Positions 51,878 through 56,785 of a stretch of DNA of 56,785 bases are shown here, one piece after another; position 1 is the first letter of the stretch, and every line of letters starts with the position of its first letter. Source of the DNA: a virus. The notes under the pieces are model-generated. The model worked only from the letters and a program-made list of their open reading frames with translations. It was not told the origin of the DNA and searched no databases. The stretch lies in the IMG/VR virus record IMGVR_UViG_3300045988_148145, one strand, 5' to 3'. The position numbers and the translations under genes are program-made.

Positions 51878-52081
51878 TTATTTATCAAGTTTCACAATAA
51901 CTTCCTTCACCACGTGGCAATTGAGGTATTTCAAAGCAAAGTCACGAATTGCGTCAGCCTGTTCGCCGGTGGTGATAAACTTCAAGGCGTGTCTAACGGT
52001 GTTATCAGACACCCCGAACTCTTGCATTAGCTTTTTTACAACGCCCCTCTCGTAAACAATTCTCATTCTACTTATTGGCAT
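51878..52081 (-). CDS. Cro-like small regulator; first gene of the early operon
   Basis: 67 aa, divergent from the repressor gene. It contains an HTH-like segment LMQEFGVSDNTVRHAL. Confidence 0.45.
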   Translation of the reverse strand: MPISRMRIVYERGVVKKLMQEFGVSDNTVRHALKFITTGEQADAIRDFALKYLNCHVVKEVIVKLDK

Positions 52082-52096
52082 AGTGTTTTATTTTTA

Positions 52097-52382
52097 TATA
52101 TTTGTGTTTAACTTTTAAAATTCGTTTTCGAAGTGTATCAACCTCGATTACGATGCAAATATACAAACATTTCGGTAAACACCCTTTATTTATACAAAAA
52201 TGTTTGTACAAAACAATTAATTTAGAATTATTTTAAATACAACTAATTGATAGTATGATAAAACCAATACATAAAGATCTAATAATAGAGGCAATCATCG
52301 CTGCAAATTCCAGCTTTGTCGAACTAAAAATACTCTCTAATATAGATTAATAATACATATATACACACAAACATTTCAGTAA
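52097..52382. promoter_or_regulatory. Genetic switch region: two -7 boxes and three copies of ACAAACATTT
   Basis: A plus-strand TATATTTG lies at 52097-52104 and a minus-strand TATATTTG at 52156-52163. The repeats lie at 52163-52178 (forward), 52198-52207 (reverse) and 52367-52382 (forward). Confidence 0.5.
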
Positions 52383-52383
52383 C

Positions 52384-52920
52384 ATGGAACTACCACATTT
52401 AAATAAACGAATTAATGATTTAGTTGATTATTTTTGTAAAGGGAACAAAAAAGAGTTTTCTTCTCTATTAAATGGCGTTTCTCAACAAAGATTTAATAGG
52501 CTTTTTATACCAGATCCTAGAACTAACAAAATCCCTACTGTCCCAGGGGATATTATCAGCGAAATATTAGTGGCATATAAAGACGTAAATGCGGAATGGC
52601 TTATGATAGGAGAGGGGGAAATGATTAAAGAAAATATTTTAGAAGATTCTACAAATTTATCGAAACAAACGTTTGCAGAGGATCGTAATAGCGTTGACAT
52701 CATAATTAAAAATGAAATAAAAAAAACTATTATGGAAAACATCCCCGCAATCATTTCTGCCGTAATGCAAGGCATGAATCAACAAATGGAAGGGCAAAAC
52801 CAAATTATTAACAAGCAGCTAGACATGTTACAAGATGTGATAAAAAGCTTGGCCACTCTAAACACGAAAAGTGATTCTATCCAGAGAGATGTTATTAAAC
52901 TAACAAGAAAAGTAGGCTAA
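52384..52920 (+). CDS. putative CI-like repressor
   Basis: 178 aa, divergent from the early operon. The N-terminal domain ends in the AEWLMIGEGEM motif typical of Bacteroidota phage repressor HTH domains. Confidence 0.55.
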   Translation: MELPHLNKRINDLVDYFCKGNKKEFSSLLNGVSQQRFNRLFIPDPRTNKIPTVPGDIISEILVAYKDVNAEWLMIGEGEMIKENILEDSTNLSKQTFAEDRNSVDIIIKNEIKKTIMENIPAIISAVMQGMNQQMEGQNQIINKQLDMLQDVIKSLATLNTKSDSIQRDVIKLTRKVG

Positions 52921-53102
52921 TGGAAACACAAGAAGAAAACATCCAAACTTTGGCGAAGACTTTAGAAAATGTGACACAGATGCTTACACAAGTTGTTTTA
53001 AAACAAACAGAATTAAGCAATAGGCAATTAGACATCTTTGAAAAAGGTAGCGATTTTATCAAACAAATGTATGATGATTCTCTGAAAAATAAAGAGGATT
53101 AA
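52920..53102 (+). CDS. hypothetical protein
   Basis: 60-aa ORF with an overlapping start. Confidence 0.4.
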   Translation: METQEENIQTLAKTLENVTQMLTQVVLKQTELSNRQLDIFEKGSDFIKQMYDDSLKNKED

Positions 53103-53202
53103 TTTTAACGTGCGTGCGTTTTTTCTTCTTGTCATGATATAAACTTATTCAATTATATACTATGTTTGAGAATATTAAATTATAAACATAAACGTTTGAA
53201 TT

Positions 53203-53523
53203 ATGAACAATAACACTGAAATTTTTATCTTAATTATGGTGGCTTTACTTCACCTTATTGTATTAATTGTATTTTTTACAATGGCTGGGAATGTTGCAAA
53301 AATAAAAAACAGTCTATCCATGAATGCAAAAAAATACATTGAAATGGGAGACATGGAAGAATACGCAGGAAATAAATCGAAAGCTAAAGAATACTATCTT
53401 AAAGCAAAATATTGCATGGATGCATTGAAAGATACATCATTCCTTAATGCTGACAACAAGCCTTATCCTGGTATGTCAAAGACAAATTTAGATGACAAAA
53501 TAAACCATTTGAACAATCAATAA
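53203..53523 (+). CDS. membrane-anchored hypothetical protein
   Basis: 106 aa with an N-terminal TM segment IFILIMVALLHLIVLIVFFTM. Confidence 0.5.
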   Translation: MNNNTEIFILIMVALLHLIVLIVFFTMAGNVAKIKNSLSMNAKKYIEMGDMEEYAGNKSKAKEYYLKAKYCMDALKDTSFLNADNKPYPGMSKTNLDDKINHLNNQ

Positions 53524-53597
53524 ATGACAAGAAGTTATTCAATCACTATTATAGACCTAATATTTTATTAATTACTAAATTTAAGCATTTGATTATC

Positions 53598-54437
53598 ATG
53601 AAAAAACAACTTTTATTAGCAATGCTATCTATGTTAATATTTATTGCATGTTCAAAAGATGATGACGCAAATAATGATGAAGATAAAAAATACCTTTCTG
53701 AAATAAGAGTCACAGAACATAAAGTTCAATTTGGTTCCCCGTCACAAAGTGGAGAACTTTACGAATCATACAAATACAATAACAAAGGGAAACTCGTTCA
53801 AAAAACTACAAATTATTATCATGGAGGATTAGACGGTAGAATTTTAAATGAATACAAATATTCTTATGACGAACGTGGAAAATTAATAGAATATGCAGAA
53901 TATCAATTTACATTACTAGAAAGCAAACAAATTTATTCATACAATTCTATCGATTCCATTTCCGAAATGAAAAAATACAATGAAGATGGAGATTTAATTG
54001 AGGTTTGGTCTTATGAATATAATGCCGATAATAAATTGAATAAAATAATAGAAAAAGATGTTTGGGTTTCTTCTAACTACGGATATGAACATTACTATAT
54101 TTATGAAGCAAATAAAATAAAAAAAACTAGCTATTCATTACAAGATGGAAATTTGTTTGGAACCATGATTTATGAATTTGACAACAAAGGGAATCTTACA
54201 AGAGAAACGTGGATAAATGGTGAAGATAACCGTAGTACTATTCAAAAAAACATTGAATATGAATACAACTCAAAAGGACAAATCACAAAAAAATCAAGTA
54301 GTGGTATATTACGAGATGATATTACTTACCTAGAATATACATATAATGATGACGGGAGTATATCCAAAATAAATAAATCGTATTCTTACAAAACAGAAGA
54401 ATCTGTTTTGATTTACGAGTATATATATACCAAATAA
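53598..54437 (+). CDS. surface lipoprotein with YD-like repeats
   Basis: From ATG 53598: MKKQLLLAMLSMLIFIAC followed by SKDDD, and repeated Y-x-Y-[DN]-x-x-G-x-L motifs. Confidence 0.65.
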   Translation: MKKQLLLAMLSMLIFIACSKDDDANNDEDKKYLSEIRVTEHKVQFGSPSQSGELYESYKYNNKGKLVQKTTNYYHGGLDGRILNEYKYSYDERGKLIEYAEYQFTLLESKQIYSYNSIDSISEMKKYNEDGDLIEVWSYEYNADNKLNKIIEKDVWVSSNYGYEHYYIYEANKIKKTSYSLQDGNLFGTMIYEFDNKGNLTRETWINGEDNRSTIQKNIEYEYNSKGQITKKSSSGILRDDITYLEYTYNDDGSISKINKSYSYKTEESVLIYEYIYTK

Positions 54438-54612
54438 TACCCATATATTATCTAATATTGGTTCATTTTTGCAAGTTAAATATTAAAGGATTAACAAAAA
54501 AGGAAGTGAAAAATATAAGACATTTCAATTCCTGTATAGAAGTTCTCCAAGATTTATTAACATAGAAAACATTTACTGTAATAGTCAAGACTTGTTCAAG
54601 ATCCTCAAATAA

Positions 54613-54641
54613 ATACCCCGGCAGATTTACTACCGGGGTAT
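54613..54641. terminator. Bidirectional hairpin between the convergent lipoprotein and hicB genes
   Basis: 9-bp stem ATACCCCGG/CCGGGGTAT, followed by TGCTTTT on the plus strand. Confidence 0.55.
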
Positions 54642-54674
54642 TGCTTTTCTAATAGTACAAGTCGTCAAACAAAA

Positions 54675-55073
54675 CTATAAAGATAAAGCAATAAGTTCTC
54701 TGCCTAAACGATGAAGGGCCGTTTCTATTCTTTTCACTTGAGCCGGACGAGGTTTACTTACCCCATTTGCGTAATTCCATAATTGTTTCTTGTTAATCCC
54801 CGTGAGACGTTCCAAGGCAGCGTTTGTAAGTATACCTGAATAATAATTCAATAAACTTTGAGTGTCATATTTATACACGATTTCATACTCTCCCTTCAAT
54901 ATTTCCGGCCATTGTTCCTCTGGCATATTTTTTTTGATTAACCGAATCGCCTCCTCCACGTCTTTTCTCGCTTCCTCTACCGTGTTTCCGGCAGCGTAAA
55001 TACCCTCACAATTCTCGGCAAACGCCCCAAAATGATCTTTACTTGCACAGATAATAATTTCTAATTTTTCCAT
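54675..55073 (-). CDS. hicB: HicB-family antitoxin with a C-terminal HTH
   Basis: 132 aa downstream of hicA. It contains FGAFAENCEGIYAAGNTVEEARKDVEEAI. Confidence 0.7.
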   Translation of the reverse strand: MEKLEIIICASKDHFGAFAENCEGIYAAGNTVEEARKDVEEAIRLIKKNMPEEQWPEILKGEYEIVYKYDTQSLLNYYSGILTNAALERLTGINKKQLWNYANGVSKPRPAQVKRIETALHRLGRELIALSL

Positions 55074-55102
55074 AATTCAGCTTTACATATTTGGGGAGGG
55101 GA

Positions 55103-55291
55103 TTATTTAATCCCCATTTCCCTTGCAATTTTTCTTCTTAACGGTTCCGGAATCTCTTTTGCCCCATGATAAGGAACAGGTTGAGATAGTTTCCCGTCTT
55201 TCTCGTAAAAATAGTGACTACCTTCCGCATGATTGAATTTCCAACCTGCCTTGATAATCTTCCTGTGAAATTCCGTGTACTTCATCTTCAT
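55103..55291 (-). CDS. hicA: HicA-family toxin
   Basis: 62 aa, containing KAGWKFNHAEGSHYFYEKDGK...VPYHGAKEIPEPLRRKIAREMGI. Confidence 0.75.
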   Translation of the reverse strand: MKMKYTEFHRKIIKAGWKFNHAEGSHYFYEKDGKLSQPVPYHGAKEIPEPLRRKIAREMGIK

Positions 55292-55359
55292 GTTTTGTTT
55301 GACACTTCAAAAATAGGAAATATTTCTATTGTTTCCAAGTAAAATGGGAAATATTTCTA

Positions 55360-56556
55360 TTATTTATTAATCAAAAGATGATCAATAACTTTTCTATTAG
55401 CTTCTTCTACTTTCTTTCTATCGAATTTTATATAAATATCCGTGACACTATTGGAAGAGTGACCTAAAGCTGCAGCTATCGTTTCTTTTGGAATATCAAG
55501 ACTCGCCGCAATAGTTGCCCATGTATGGCGGGACCAGTATGAAGAGATTCCGGGAAATTTAGGTGTCACGTGTTTCTTGCCTCCTAATCCTTTACGCTCG
55601 ACATCCCCGATTTTCTGAAGACCTATATTCATCCGGTGCAAGAAATCCTTGTAGTTCTTGTAATCATCTAAAACATTAAGCATGTATTTCCCCTGTCCCC
55701 TGTATTTCTCAATAATTTTCAACGCTTCCGGTTCCACTTTTATCTCGTACAAGCGATTCGTTTTCGCCCGGTGAAAAACAATTTTATCGCCTTTTAACGC
55801 GGGAAGATTAAACAAATCCACGGCATTAATGCCCATCAAGTAAAACATCAACATGAACATATCCCGGTATCGTTCTTGATACTCCTCCACGTCAAAATTC
55901 ATCAACTCCCGCAACTCTTCAACAGACAACGACCTTTTAGCTGTTTCCTCTTTTTTTATCTTGTACTTCCTGAACGGGTAAATATTAGTGTACTCGTTAT
56001 CTATAGCGTAATTAAAAACAGAACGTATGTTCCTGAGGTGAATTCCTATCGTGTTTATCTTGTTATCACGCTCAAGTAGCCAGTTCTCGAATCGGATTAA
56101 CCATTCCTTGTTGATTGATTCAAAAGTCGCATATTGATCGAATTCCAGGATCTTGCTTTTCGTGTGAGTGTAAACAGCAATCGTCCCTTCCTTTGTCTTG
56201 GTATCAATGAACTCGTCCAAGCATTCAAGAAAACTAATACCTTCCAGTTTACCGGAAATCTTTTTCTCTATAATATCCTTCAACCTCTCGTTGGAAATCG
56301 AGTACGACTCCCCCCTTTCTTCCACGTCAAAAATAACTTTCTCAACCTTGTTCAAAATATCTCTTAATCGCACGTTCTTCGCCCTGTGATTTGGCTCGTT
56401 TGAAGTAAACTTATCGGAATCCCAATTATCAATAATAGAAGACAGGCCTGTTTTTACCAAAAAATATTTTCTATTTTTGCTAACGTAAATTTTCACGGGG
56501 AAAGACCCGTCTTTCTTTTGAGATCTTGTATCGAGGTAAATTTTTGCGCTTATCAT
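55360..56556 (-). CDS. int: tyrosine integrase (Bacteroidota phage/CTn type)
   Basis: 398 aa from ATG 56556 (the track uses TTG 56589). It has an arm-binding-like N terminus ISAKIYLDTRSQKKDGSFPV and a catalytic SRHTWATIAA...LGHSSNSVTDIYI. It lies about 140 nt from the att core. Confidence 0.9.
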   Translation of the reverse strand: MISAKIYLDTRSQKKDGSFPVKIYVSKNRKYFLVKTGLSSIIDNWDSDKFTSNEPNHRAKNVRLRDILNKVEKVIFDVEERGESYSISNERLKDIIEKKISGKLEGISFLECLDEFIDTKTKEGTIAVYTHTKSKILEFDQYATFESINKEWLIRFENWLLERDNKINTIGIHLRNIRSVFNYAIDNEYTNIYPFRKYKIKKEETAKRSLSVEELRELMNFDVEEYQERYRDMFMLMFYLMGINAVDLFNLPALKGDKIVFHRAKTNRLYEIKVEPEALKIIEKYRGQGKYMLNVLDDYKNYKDFLHRMNIGLQKIGDVERKGLGGKKHVTPKFPGISSYWSRHTWATIAASLDIPKETIAAALGHSSNSVTDIYIKFDRKKVEEANRKVIDHLLINK

Positions 56557-56572
56557 ATTTCTCACCAATTTT

Positions 56573-56630
56573 TTGCAAACTATTTGCAAACAAATGTACG
56601 AAAAAACGGGTAAAAACGGGTAAAAACGGG
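56573..56630. promoter_or_regulatory. attP arm: two TTGCAAAC sites (56573-56580, 56584-56591) plus 3 x 10-bp tandem AAAAACGGG[T/A] (56601-56630)
   Basis: Direct reading. The octamer is shared with 106-113 and 136-143. The repeat period of 10 bp equals one helical turn. Confidence 0.45.
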
Positions 56631-56696
56631 AGTATATTATATTTTAGGATACAAAAAAAGGAGTCATCTTTTATCATAACCCCTTGATTTTCAGTA

Positions 56697-56785
56697 GTCG
56701 GGGTGACAGGATTCGAACCTGCGACCCTCTGCTCCCAAAGCAAAATAAAATCAACCATATACTACTAAATATCATATCATTACAA
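56697..56785. repeat. 89-bp exact direct repeat, copy 2 (identical to 1..89)
   Basis: See copy 1. Confidence 0.95.

Noticed and set aside
56697-56785. A complete tRNA-Pro gene at the window end
   Set aside because: The sequence 5' of the anticodon stem (minus strand) is AT-rich and lacks the CGGGGTG acceptor strand and a D arm. The same non-tRNA sequence is present in both repeat copies.

Overview
The window looks like a complete, circularly closed phage genome. Positions 1-89 are identical to 56697-56785, giving a unit length of 56,696 bp. It is a temperate siphovirus-type phage. Its signals point to a Bacteroidota host: TAnnTTTG -7 boxes, no Shine-Dalgarno sequences, a Bacteroidota-style tyrosine integrase, and a CSKDDD lipoprotein export signal.

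Layout:
- Plus strand 357-29022: scaffold, capsid, connectors, major tail protein, frameshifted chaperone and tape measure. Then, unusually, terS/terL/portal/MuF, followed by the distal tail protein, a 2045-aa host-specificity protein, a lysis cassette, a second fibre, and a G+C-rich block of unknown genes.
- Minus strand 52081-31127: early operon. It encodes Cro/Xis-like proteins, annealase/exonuclease/SSB/NinB, VRR-NUC, KilA-N, a C5-methyltransferase split over two frames, DnaB plus an initiator, a PAPS-reductase-like protein, a sigma-like factor, and a truncated N6-MTase-like gene coupled to a second tyrosine recombinase.
- Lysogeny module 52384-56556: repressor, morons, HicAB and integrase. 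It abuts an attP built from the 3' part of tRNA-Pro(UGG).

Most interesting observations:
1. An autonomous AT-rich three-gene cassette, HEPN-like / unknown / SecB-like (29307-30574). It resembles an undescribed toxin-antitoxin-chaperone (TAC)-type module.
2. An adjacent ORF-free, highly self-complementary region of about 480 nt.
3. Three copies of a promoter-proximal stem-loop with covarying stems and loop GAWGUU, one at the head of each late module. The first is embedded in a terminator/antiterminator leader.
4. Two tRNA-like elements in the early operon.
5. A 17 x 27-bp coding repeat with only four variable nucleotides.

All functional calls come from reading the translated ORFs and the DNA by eye. 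No database search was run.
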